From positions 32,230 to 96,229 of the forward strand of contig CAKKSC010000004.1 in assembly GCA_919902985.1 (NCBI GenBank): DNA of 64,000 nucleotides, in the 5' to 3' direction. Each line of letters starts with the position of its first letter. Position 1 is the first letter of the stretch. The position numbers were made by a program, and so were the translations under genes. The DNA is from Desulfuromonadales bacterium. Lineage in GTDB: Bacteria > Desulfobacterota > JAENJC01. Below the pieces are notes generated by a model. It made no database searches. It was not told the origin of the DNA and saw only the letters and a program-made list of their open reading frames with translations. Shown piece by piece: positions 48,202 through 56,806 of this stretch.

Positions 48202-49725
48202 TTACCACTGCCTCCCGATGACTTCCTGCTTTTTAAATCCAAATCCTATGGTTCCTCTCTTTTCGTACATAGTCCTTGGATCTATAGTAGTCTTAGTCTC
48301 GCGATGAGTCTCAGGAATTACGAATCTCTCCTTAAATGTCGCAAGTGTATTTAGTCTGAGTATGCCTTCAGCGTCCAGGACAGTTAAACCACATTGAGAT
48401 AACGCAGTCTTGACCTCACTTTCGCTGATATCGCCAACACGCTTCATACGAGCCCACATCCTGACGGCCATCTGCTTCTTCAAGGACTCAACAACCAGGC
48501 TCTCGTTACCGGCGGCAAACAGATTTGCCAGATACTTTACCGGGACCCTCATTTTCTCCAACTCATTAAAGAAGCCATCTGACTCAGGGTCAAATAGTCC
48601 GCCTCTGTCGGCCTTCACCTGGTGGAGTATTGGCGATAGTGGTGGTATATAGAAGTTCATTGCAAGCGTCCTGAATTCAGGATGAGTTGGCAGCGATATT
48701 CTCCATCTCTTGAATAAATTGTAAGCCGGAGAATTCTGTGCAGCGGCAATCCAGTTATCCTCGATACCTGCATTTCTTGCGGCCTCAATAACCTTCGGAT
48801 CATAAGGATCCAGAATTATGCTCCTCAACCCTTCAACAATCCTGTCATCGGAAAGCTTGGCTGTCTCCTCAATCCTTTCAGCGTCATAAAGCAGTGCGCC
48901 AACAGTTCTGATCCTTCCGGTACAGGCATGACCGCATGCGTTAGCCTGACCAGTCTCGGTCCTTGGATAGCAGAAGATGCACTTTTCAGACTTGCCTGTC
49001 GCCCAGTTATAAAAAGGTTTTTTGTACGGGCAGGCACTTATGCAGAACCTCCATGCCCGGCATGTATTCTGGTCGATAAGGACTATGCCGTCCTCCCCTC
49101 TCTTATATATTGCGCCGGACGGACATGCAGCTACGCATGCCGGGTTCAGGCAATGATTGCATATCCTCGGCACATAGAAATAGAACAGCTTATGGAACTT
49201 GGTAAGACATTCCTTCTGGGAATCTGATAAGTTCTTCAGGTTCGGGTCGTTTGTGGCATAAAGAGGCGAGCCACCAAAGTCGTCGTCCCAGTTTGGTCCC
49301 AAGACAATCTTTTCCATAAATTCACCGGTAATCAGTGACTTTGGACGGGCCGTCGGCTGGTCATCGCCTGCAGGGGCGTTGAACAGGTTCTGATAATCAT
49401 ACGTAAAGGGCTCGTAGTAATCATCAATTGTCGGCAGATTCGGTTGGAAAAAGATGCTGGCCAGAGTCCTCAGCTTATTGTCCTTTATAAGCTTCAATCG
49501 GAGCGTTCCGCCAACAACCTCCCAGCCGCCCCTGTATCTCTCCTGGTCCTCCCAGGTCAGCGGATATCCAGCGCCTGGCTTGGTCTCTACGTTGTTCCAC
49601 CACATATACTCTGCACCCTGACGGCTGGTCCAGACGTTCTTGCAAGAGACACTGCATGTATGACAGCCTATGCACTTGTCCAGATTAAAACTCATTGATA
49701 GTTGGGCTCTTATATCCATTACCAC
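48202..49725 (-). CDS. narH: Respiratory nitrate reductase beta subunit
   Basis: 'NLDKCIGCHTCSVSCKNVW', 'RICNHCLNPACVAACP', 'CRAWRFCISACPYKK', 'EKCIFCYPR'. Confidence 0.97.
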   Translation of the reverse strand: MVMDIRAQLSMSFNLDKCIGCHTCSVSCKNVWTSRQGAEYMWWNNVETKPGAGYPLTWEDQERYRGGWEVVGGTLRLKLIKDNKLRTLASIFFQPNLPTIDDYYEPFTYDYQNLFNAPAGDDQPTARPKSLITGEFMEKIVLGPNWDDDFGGSPLYATNDPNLKNLSDSQKECLTKFHKLFYFYVPRICNHCLNPACVAACPSGAIYKRGEDGIVLIDQNTCRAWRFCISACPYKKPFYNWATGKSEKCIFCYPRTETGQANACGHACTGRIRTVGALLYDAERIEETAKLSDDRIVEGLRSIILDPYDPKVIEAARNAGIEDNWIAAAQNSPAYNLFKRWRISLPTHPEFRTLAMNFYIPPLSPILHQVKADRGGLFDPESDGFFNELEKMRVPVKYLANLFAAGNESLVVESLKKQMAVRMWARMKRVGDISESEVKTALSQCGLTVLDAEGILRLNTLATFKERFVIPETHRETKTTIDPRTMYEKRGTIGFGFKKQEVIGRQW

Positions 49726-52700
49726 TCCACCTCCTGATTCTTCATTTTTCTAAGCAAGACAGTCGTGTCCCTGATAATTGGAATCGGACCCCATGCGTTA
49801 AATCCGTAAGAGAACTGTCCATACCCACCAACTGCCAGCGTCGGCATCTTCAGCCTCTGCCTTGGAAGGCTATTATGGAACCCTCCTCTGATCTTGTTTC
49901 TGGTCTGCGCCTTCGGTACGTTGATCGTCCTCTCTTGAGAGTGATAAGCGAACATAGTGCCACTTGGTATCCTTGCGCTGACAACGGCACGCGCTACATA
50001 AACTCCATTGTCGTTATAGGTCTCTACCCAGTCATTGTCCTTGATCCCGATGCTTGCGGCATCCCTGTCGTTGACCCATACGGAATTGCCGCCTCTGGAA
50101 AGAGTCAACATCCTCAAGTTGTCATAGTGAGTTGAATGGATCGCCCACTTCCCATGAGGAGTTATGTAATTGAGATGTAACGCTCCAGACCTGTCGCTCC
50201 TCTTAAGCTCGTTCATCTTGTTTGGATCCAGCTTGTACTTATGTGTACACAATGCCTCACCAAACTGAAGGTATGTAGGATGATCGAGATAGAAGTGCTG
50301 CCTTCCGGTCAGCGTCCTCCAGGGGAGCCTGAAATCTATCTGGTTTGTGTATGCATTGTACGATCTTCCGTTCCTTGTATCACCAGTCCACAACGGGCTG
50401 TTTAATGCCCTCCTTGGCTGAGCGACAATGTCATCATACGTCAACCGGCAATTTCTATCAGGTCCGGCTATTTCATCTGCAAGGCCGTGATATTCAGTCT
50501 CCGTCACAGCCTGTGCTTTGGGGAGTAACTCTTTATGTTTCAAAGTCCAGACCCTCGATGGATCATGATCAAATATCTTTTTGACCGACTCCTTGGCTTC
50601 CTTGTAAACCTCACCATGGAGGCCTGTATGATGTTCCTCAATCAACCACTGCTGGTAGTTTGTTTCACCGTTAGTCACGCCGGAGAAGAAGAAGACCACA
50701 TTTGCGGCTTCCTTGGCAGTCTGAAGAGAAACATACCTTTCTCCGCCCCATTCTACTTTATCTATGTGCGGGTCATTGATGTATTCTTCAACAAACGGCT
50801 TCCCCTCAAGCATAATGCCATGGAATCCGTATTTGGTCTTCATGAGAGGTCCGAGTGTTATCTGCTTGTTATACGTGTTCGGGTAATCTCTTGTCACGAC
50901 GTTCAGATTCGGCATGGTTACACCGGGAATAGCCTCACATTCTCCCTTCTTCCAATCCTTGACATCTGGTATGGCAGGCTGCGCTATCTCGCCAGGTGTA
51001 TCGTGTGCGAGAGGCGTCATTACGACATCCTTCACAGGATTCGGCAAATGCTTGGCTGCCAGCGCCGAGAACTTCTGTCCGATAAACTTGAATGCATCCC
51101 AGTCGCTCTTAGCCTCCCAGTTAGGTGGAACGGCAGCTCCCATAGGGTGAATATAGGAATGCAGGTCAGTCGTATTCATATCTTCCTTCTCGTACCAGTG
51201 AGCAGCAGGAAGTACAATATCGCTGTACGTCGGCGTAGTATTCATACGCATGTTCAGGTCGACAACGAGATCGAGCTTGCCGAGCGGTGATTCCCTGTAC
51301 TTCATATCCTTGATATGTGGCTTGGCCACCTCTTCGCAGTCCAGATTATTATGGGTCCCAAGGAGGAACTTCAGGAAATACTCCTGCCCTCTTGCACTGG
51401 AGCCAAGGGCATTCCCACGCCATATCATCCAGACTCTCGGCCAGTTCTCAGGCGCGTCAGGATCCTCAACACCAAACTGCAGCGCGCCGCTTTTGAGCTG
51501 TTTAACAGTATAATCAACTATTTCAGCGTCCGTCTTTGCTCCTGCCTTCATCGCTTCGGCAGCCACAACAAGCGAGCTCTTGTTCCACTGACTATACCAG
51601 GGAAGCCCACCCAACCTTACTGACCTGACCTGCCAGTCAGCGCAATGCTCGTATGTAACCTGGCTCTTATCCGGCATTACAGCGTATTCCGTCAGTTTAT
51701 CATCAAACTTAAACATCTGGGTATGTATGTACCACATGCTCGGTGTATTCTGGAATCTTGCAGGTCTTTGCCAGTCGAGACTATGAGATATCTGGCCCCA
51801 AGAATCAAAGCAGGCAAGTTTTTCCTGCCCGACATAGTGGTTCTGGCCGCCGCCGTTCCTGCCGATGCAACCGCAGAGCATCAATGCTCCAATGAATGAC
51901 CTGTATATAAGGTCAGAGTGATAGTAGTGGTTAGCGCTGGCGCCGCTAAGAACCATTGACCGGCCCTTTGTAACTTCAGCGTTAGATGCGAACTCCCTGG
52001 CTATCTGTATTATCGTTGCCCTGCCGATGCCTGTATATTTCTCCTGCCATGCAGGAGAGAAGGCCTTGTCGTCGTCATAATTCTTGGCAAAGTCGCCTTT
52101 AAGTCCTTGACGCGCGACACCTAAGTGCGACATTTGCATGTCAAATACCGTAGTTACAGGTATTCTGCCTTCGGTAGCCGTCTCGATGTATTTTATTGGG
52201 ACCTCTCTCTTATAGATCTCACCGGAGTCAAGCTCGTAGAACACGCACTCCAAGGCTTCGTCCTTGTCGTTTAAGAATGTAAGTGCGGGGTCTATCGTCT
52301 CGCCCGTCTTTCCATCCTTAAGAAGAGTATTCCATTTGCCTTCGCTTTCCTTATTTTTATGCCATCTGTACCCTACCCCCCCGTTAACAACTCTTGCCTT
52401 CTTGGTCTTGGTATCCCACATCGAATACTTCCACTCAGGGTTGTCTGTATCGGCATACTCCTTAAGGTCCTTAGCATTCAAAAATCTGCCCATCTCATAA
52501 CCGTTCTTTGTTTTCCTGAGCTTTATAAGGTGAGGCAGGTCGGTATAGGCCTTTGAATAATCAACAAAATACGGAACCTGTCTGTCTACATAGAACTCCT
52601 TGAGTATGACATGGTTTATTGCCATCCAGATAGCGCCGTCAGACCCTGGTTTCACTGGCACCCAGAGGTCGGCATACTTCGCTGCCTCTGAGTAATCCGG

Positions 52701-53498
52701 CGTCATAACGACCAGCTTGGCTCCACCATGGCGGAGTTCAGAGATAAAATGACAATCCGGTGTCCTGGTCCTGTTAGGGGTAGCAGCCACAATAACCACA
52801 TATCCCGAATGATACCAGTCCGCGCTTTCTGAAACGTCGGTCTGTTCACCCCATATCTGTGGATGGGCATTCGGAAGGTCTGTATAGTAGTCATAGAAGC
52901 TCATGCTCACAGCACCAATCATCTGGTGATAACGTGCGCCTGATGCATAACTTATTTGCGACATAGCCGGGATAGGAGAAAAACTGATGTTCCTGTCCGG
53001 TCCGTACTTCTTGATAGTATATATCTGAGCAGCTGTTATTATTTCCGCTGCGGTGTCCCAGTCAAATCTGCGGAATCCGCCTTTTCCTCTGGACCACTTC
53101 ACCTTCTTGCTTAACTCAGCGTTCTCAACAATGCTTCCCCACGCGTCAACCGGGTCGGTATGCTTTGTTTTAGCCTCTTTCCATGCATCAATAAGAGTGC
53201 CGCGAACATATGGATACTTAATTCTAACAGGGCTATAAACATACCAGGAAGCGGATATACCCCTCTGACAACCTCTCGGCTCATAAGGTGGAACACTCGG
53301 CTCCAACAATGGATAATCAATAGCCTGCAGTTCCCAGGTGATGATACCGTCCTTTACATACACCATCCAGCTGCATCCGCCTGTACAGTTATTTCCATGA
53401 GTGCTCCGTACAGTCTTGTCATACTGCCAGCGATTCCTATAAAACTCTTCCCAACCTCTCTTACTTGGATTAACCTCGTCTTGGATCCATGTAGCCAT
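49719..53498 (-). CDS. narG: Respiratory nitrate reductase alpha subunit (cytoplasmic, no Tat signal)
   Basis: 'RSTHGNNCTGGCSW', 'EPRGCQRG', 'FSPIPAMS', 'SFYDYYTDLP', 'WGEQTDV.ES', 'HYVGQEK', 'TPHGKW.IHS'. Confidence 0.96.
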   Translation of the reverse strand: MATWIQDEVNPSKRGWEEFYRNRWQYDKTVRSTHGNNCTGGCSWMVYVKDGIITWELQAIDYPLLEPSVPPYEPRGCQRGISASWYVYSPVRIKYPYVRGTLIDAWKEAKTKHTDPVDAWGSIVENAELSKKVKWSRGKGGFRRFDWDTAAEIITAAQIYTIKKYGPDRNISFSPIPAMSQISYASGARYHQMIGAVSMSFYDYYTDLPNAHPQIWGEQTDVSESADWYHSGYVVIVAATPNRTRTPDCHFISELRHGGAKLVVMTPDYSEAAKYADLWVPVKPGSDGAIWMAINHVILKEFYVDRQVPYFVDYSKAYTDLPHLIKLRKTKNGYEMGRFLNAKDLKEYADTDNPEWKYSMWDTKTKKARVVNGGVGYRWHKNKESEGKWNTLLKDGKTGETIDPALTFLNDKDEALECVFYELDSGEIYKREVPIKYIETATEGRIPVTTVFDMQMSHLGVARQGLKGDFAKNYDDDKAFSPAWQEKYTGIGRATIIQIAREFASNAEVTKGRSMVLSGASANHYYHSDLIYRSFIGALMLCGCIGRNGGGQNHYVGQEKLACFDSWGQISHSLDWQRPARFQNTPSMWYIHTQMFKFDDKLTEYAVMPDKSQVTYEHCADWQVRSVRLGGLPWYSQWNKSSLVVAAEAMKAGAKTDAEIVDYTVKQLKSGALQFGVEDPDAPENWPRVWMIWRGNALGSSARGQEYFLKFLLGTHNNLDCEEVAKPHIKDMKYRESPLGKLDLVVDLNMRMNTTPTYSDIVLPAAHWYEKEDMNTTDLHSYIHPMGAAVPPNWEAKSDWDAFKFIGQKFSALAAKHLPNPVKDVVMTPLAHDTPGEIAQPAIPDVKDWKKGECEAIPGVTMPNLNVVTRDYPNTYNKQITLGPLMKTKYGFHGIMLEGKPFVEEYINDPHIDKVEWGGERYVSLQTAKEAANVVFFFSGVTNGETNYQQWLIEEHHTGLHGEVYKEAKESVKKIFDHDPSRVWTLKHKELLPKAQAVTETEYHGLADEIAGPDRNCRLTYDDIVAQPRRALNSPLWTGDTRNGRSYNAYTNQIDFRLPWRTLTGRQHFYLDHPTYLQFGEALCTHKYKLDPNKMNELKRSDRSGALHLNYITPHGKWAIHSTHYDNLRMLTLSRGGNSVWVNDRDAASIGIKDNDWVETYNDNGVYVARAVVSARIPSGTMFAYHSQERTINVPKAQTRNKIRGGFHNSLPRQRLKMPTLAVGGYGQFSYGFNAWGPIPIIRDTTVLLRKMKNQEVEW

Positions 53499-53501
53499 TA
53501 G

Positions 53502-54155
53502 TTATATCCCTCCCTTTCCACCGTAATTTCTCCACAAAGCATCATGGGCAGTATTCCTTGTTCTTTTGCTATACCTTCCGCTCCAAATAATGGTGAAGAG
53601 GATAAGTATTGCCACAAATCCGATTATTCCGATACCGGCAAAAGTCGCAGACTGCGACGGTGCAACATCATTCGCACCCTGAACCTTAAGGAATGCCCTC
53701 AAATTCTCCATTTCCGACTCAGTGATATTCTTTGCCGTAAAAATTGGACCCATAGTCGGGCTGCCGCCGCCGTTAACCCATGCTGTGCTGAGGAGAGGAT
53801 TCTTGGACTCGTCAACATAAGCCTTCGTGAGGTTTGGACCAAGGGTCCCACCATTCAAAGCTCCAACTCCAGTACTATGACATGATATACATGGAGGTCC
53901 AGCATTTTCAAATCTAATCTCCCCCGTAAACAGCGCTCTGCCGACATTAGCATCGCCGGCTTCTACCGGGGCCGCCACTGCAGCAGGCTCAGACGCCGCC
54001 TGCGTTTCAGCCTGGACTGCCTCAGCCGGCTGTCCAGATTCTGCCTGTTGAGCCCCTACGGCTGCTGGAAGCATCACCATTCCAGCTACAAGGGGTACTG
54101 CCAGTAAAGATTTAAAACCTTTCTTACATAAATCCAGATAACCACTCACCACCAT
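53502..54155 (-). CDS. narC: NarC-like periplasmic monoheme cytochrome c with C-terminal anchor
   Basis: Signal peptide, 'G.ALFTG..RFENAGPPCISCH', 'LGPNLT', 'M.PIF', C-terminal TM; immediately upstream of narG. Confidence 0.78.
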   Translation of the reverse strand: MVVSGYLDLCKKGFKSLLAVPLVAGMVMLPAAVGAQQAESGQPAEAVQAETQAASEPAAVAAPVEAGDANVGRALFTGEIRFENAGPPCISCHSTGVGALNGGTLGPNLTKAYVDESKNPLLSTAWVNGGGSPTMGPIFTAKNITESEMENLRAFLKVQGANDVAPSQSATFAGIGIIGFVAILILFTIIWSGRYSKRTRNTAHDALWRNYGGKGGI

Positions 54156-54270
54156 AACCTTGCACCTCCTTTGAAAGATTTTTTTGAACCTCGTGTAACC
54201 TTTTACAACTCCCTTAGAACGCTTGCAAATAGTTCATTCGGGGCAAAATAAAAAATGTTTATCGTTTGCT

Positions 54271-54708
54271 CTATTTAAAGACCCATAAAACCGGGCAAGT
54301 CGACCTTTTTGTAACTCGGTCTATAACACTTCCATGAAATAGTTTTCCAACTGGAGAATAGCGATGACTTGCCATAACTATAAGGTCAGCGCCTTTCTCC
54401 ATGGCCTCCGATATAACCTCGTTTGAAACCTCTCCATCTCTTAAAACCTGATCACAATCCTTGATTCCACTGGCCTCAACCTTTGCCCTTTCCTTCAGCA
54501 AAAGCTCTCTTCCTTCAGCCAGCCATCCCTCGCGAATCGAATCCCATTCATTGGAATCCGACATAAGAACCGCTTTATAAGCCTTCTCCGATACATATAA
54601 AAGTGTAAGTTTAGCGCCTGAAATCTTGCTTAAATAAATAGCCTCATCTAGCGCCCTGTCCCCTAATTCAGAGCCATCTACCGGGCAAATAATGTTCTTG
54701 TAGCTCAT
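54271..54708 (-). CDS. Universal stress protein (UspA family)
   Basis: 'YKNIICPVDGS', 'ADLIVMAS', 'GSV..RV.KRS.CPVL'. Confidence 0.92.
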   Translation of the reverse strand: MSYKNIICPVDGSELGDRALDEAIYLSKISGAKLTLLYVSEKAYKAVLMSDSNEWDSIREGWLAEGRELLLKERAKVEASGIKDCDQVLRDGEVSNEVISEAMEKGADLIVMASHRYSPVGKLFHGSVIDRVTKRSTCPVLWVFK

Positions 54709-54770
54709 TATGTCTTTCCCCTTTTAAATTGGTTTTTCAATCGTCCGACAAAATACAAGCATGCGCATTT

Positions 54771-55982
54771 TTATCTATGCACTTTCGCCTTACCACCCTT
54801 TTCCATCCACTTCTTTTCCCAAATCTTCTCTTCTCTTTTCATACCGAAAAAGACAAGCGCTGCAAAAATAGCGAATGCAATAAAACCCAATTGAAAGTGT
54901 CCGGTATACTGCTTTGACAATCCCATTGCATTAGGTATAAATCCACCCCCCAGAGCGCCTATCTCGCCTATCATGCTTCCTGTAACAGCTGTCGTAGTGG
55001 GCCATCTCAACGGGACCAACTGAAATACGGCGCCGTTGCCCATACCAAGTAGGCCAAAGACAACCATAAACATGATAGTGGTAAGGGTAAGTGAGAGCTC
55101 AAAGCTAATTCCGACCATTGCAACAATTACCGCAAGATATACAAAAGTAAGGGTATTGAGGCCGCCCCATCTATCTGAGATATAACCCCCCACAACTCTG
55201 ACGCCACTGCCCATTATAGTGGCGAGCATGGTTAACTGACCGGCTTGGATCTTAGTCACTCCGAACTGGTCATGAAAGAATGTAGGAAGGAAATTTGCAA
55301 GACCGATAAACCCTCCGAAGGTAATTATATACATGGAATTAAAAGCCCATCCATCCTTCTCCACCAGACACTTTAACAGCTCCTTAAGAGAATGATGCTC
55401 TTTATCTGGCGGCTCTTTTGCAAAAACCATCATTACCCCCATTGGCAGCAGCATAGTAAATGCGGCAAGACCATATACTGTTGCCCAACCATAGGCCTGT
55501 GCTAATGGGGGTGCAAATAAAACCGCAAGGACCGTGCCGCTGTTTCCAGCTCCGGCTATCCCCATTGCCAGCCCCTTCTTCTCAGGAGGAAACCAGCCGG
55601 AACCGAGCGACAACGCAACCCCAAAACTCGCGCCTGCTATGCCCAGAAGAACACCCATGTTCAAGACTTCAGAGTATGTGTCAACCATGAAATAACCGTA
55701 CGCAAGTGCAATGGTTATCAAGCCCATTTCCACCAGTGCGGCGTTCTTCCTCCCTATATACTGCGCGATTACCCCAAGCGGAAAACGCATTAGAGCGCCG
55801 GACATTATCGGCACAGATATCATGAACCCTTTCTGGGCAGGTGTTAAATTAAAAGACTCGCTTATAAAAGGAGCCATTGCGCCATTCAAGACCCATATTG
55901 CGAAACAAAAGTCAAAATACAGAAATGATGCGAAAAGAGTACCTGGATGTCCTGACTTCAGAAAAGCTTTAAACCCCGCCAC
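54771..55982 (-). CDS. narK: NarK/NasA-family nitrate transporter
   Basis: 'SGH..TLFASFLYFD', 'GIAGASFGVAL', 'GIAGAGNSG', 'TFGGFIG', 'GMGNGAVFQLVP.R'. Confidence 0.92.
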   Translation of the reverse strand: MAGFKAFLKSGHPGTLFASFLYFDFCFAIWVLNGAMAPFISESFNLTPAQKGFMISVPIMSGALMRFPLGVIAQYIGRKNAALVEMGLITIALAYGYFMVDTYSEVLNMGVLLGIAGASFGVALSLGSGWFPPEKKGLAMGIAGAGNSGTVLAVLFAPPLAQAYGWATVYGLAAFTMLLPMGVMMVFAKEPPDKEHHSLKELLKCLVEKDGWAFNSMYIITFGGFIGLANFLPTFFHDQFGVTKIQAGQLTMLATIMGSGVRVVGGYISDRWGGLNTLTFVYLAVIVAMVGISFELSLTLTTIMFMVVFGLLGMGNGAVFQLVPLRWPTTTAVTGSMIGEIGALGGGFIPNAMGLSKQYTGHFQLGFIAFAIFAALVFFGMKREEKIWEKKWMEKGGKAKVHR

Positions 55983-56047
55983 AATCGCCTCCTTATTATA
56001 TATTTTTTGAATATCTTGAAATTTACCGATATAAGTCGTGGATAATA

Positions 56048-56063
56048 AGCAAACGGTATGCCA
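56048..56063 (-). promoter_or_regulatory. Sigma54 (-24/-12) promoter for narK-usp-narCGHJI
   Basis: Minus strand TGGCATA-CCGT-TTGCT, 65 bp upstream of the narK start. Confidence 0.85.
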
Positions 56064-56178
56064 ACAGTTTATTTGAAAGCTGCTTTCTCGCCAGAACCTG
56101 TTGAATTACTTGACTATATTACTTATTTTTCTGTGGTCAGACAACCATTGGTTGGTGATCGCTACATGTATGCATCGT

Positions 56179-56261
56179 GTTACCTTTCAGTAACGACTAT
56201 TTAAGCTTTTGAGGATTTATCCAATGAAATCAGTAAGTAACATGCGCTACCTTTTGGTAAC
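56179..56261. promoter_or_regulatory. Two palindromic GYTAC-N6-GTAAC sites (candidate enhancer-binding-protein sites)
   Basis: gttacctttcagtaac (56179-56194) and gctaccttttggtaac (56246-56261), ~115-200 bp upstream of the sigma54 promoter. Confidence 0.55.
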
Positions 56262-56545
56262 AGATTGATTATTAGGTAATCAGTAAGCCTTTTACGAAAA
56301 ACTTTCAGCCCCTCAAAAAAAGACTTGACAGTTAAAATATAAATTGATATTTATCGTTGCCATTGAAGAAATCAACGGGTGAAATAATAAATCAGTAAAG
56401 TTACTATCACCAGAATGTTAACAGCAAGACCAATAAAAATTACTATTCCAGATATGTCTTCTTTTTTAAACATGTTGAAGAAGATAGCAGAAAATTAAAT
56501 GGTGTCAAGTAGGTTGTTGATTAATTTAATATAAAGAGGTGATAT

Positions 56546-56644
56546 ATGCATGGAACGACAGAATCAAATGCGGGATGGGCAGGGCCGATATTATTTATTT
56601 CGGTAGCAGTAGCAATGCTGGCTTTTTTAATTTGGTTTCTATGA
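56546..56644 (+). CDS. 32-aa single-TM microprotein (not in ORF track)
   Basis: RBS aagaggtg; MHGTTESNAGWAGPILFISVAVAMLAFLIWFL*. Confidence 0.65.
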   Translation: MHGTTESNAGWAGPILFISVAVAMLAFLIWFL

Positions 56645-56663
56645 TTACATTATCAAGGAGGAT

Positions 56664-56783
56664 ATGATGAAATCGTTTTATGGTACGTTTGCGGTAGCTC
56701 TTGTGGTCAGTGTTGTTTTCTTTATCTTGTTCGACGCGGGGCTGATGAAGCTCCAGGGACTATCACTGATTTTTCACAAGTAG
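56664..56783 (+). CDS. 39-aa single-TM microprotein (not in ORF track)
   Basis: RBS aaggagg; MMKSFYGTFAVALVVSVVFFILFDAGLMKLQGLSLIFHK*. Confidence 0.7.
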   Translation: MMKSFYGTFAVALVVSVVFFILFDAGLMKLQGLSLIFHK

Positions 56784-56806
56784 AAACAAAATTCTATTCA
56801 AGAGGT

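Noticed and set aside
49719-53498. Periplasmic nitrite oxidoreductase (Nitrospira/anammox type)
   Set aside because: No Tat signal, and narH-narJ-narI plus NarK context indicate a cytoplasmic Nar
56363-56375. ttgaagaaatcaa as an FNR/DNR box
   Set aside because: One base short of TTGAT-N4-ATCAA spacing, in AT-rich DNA
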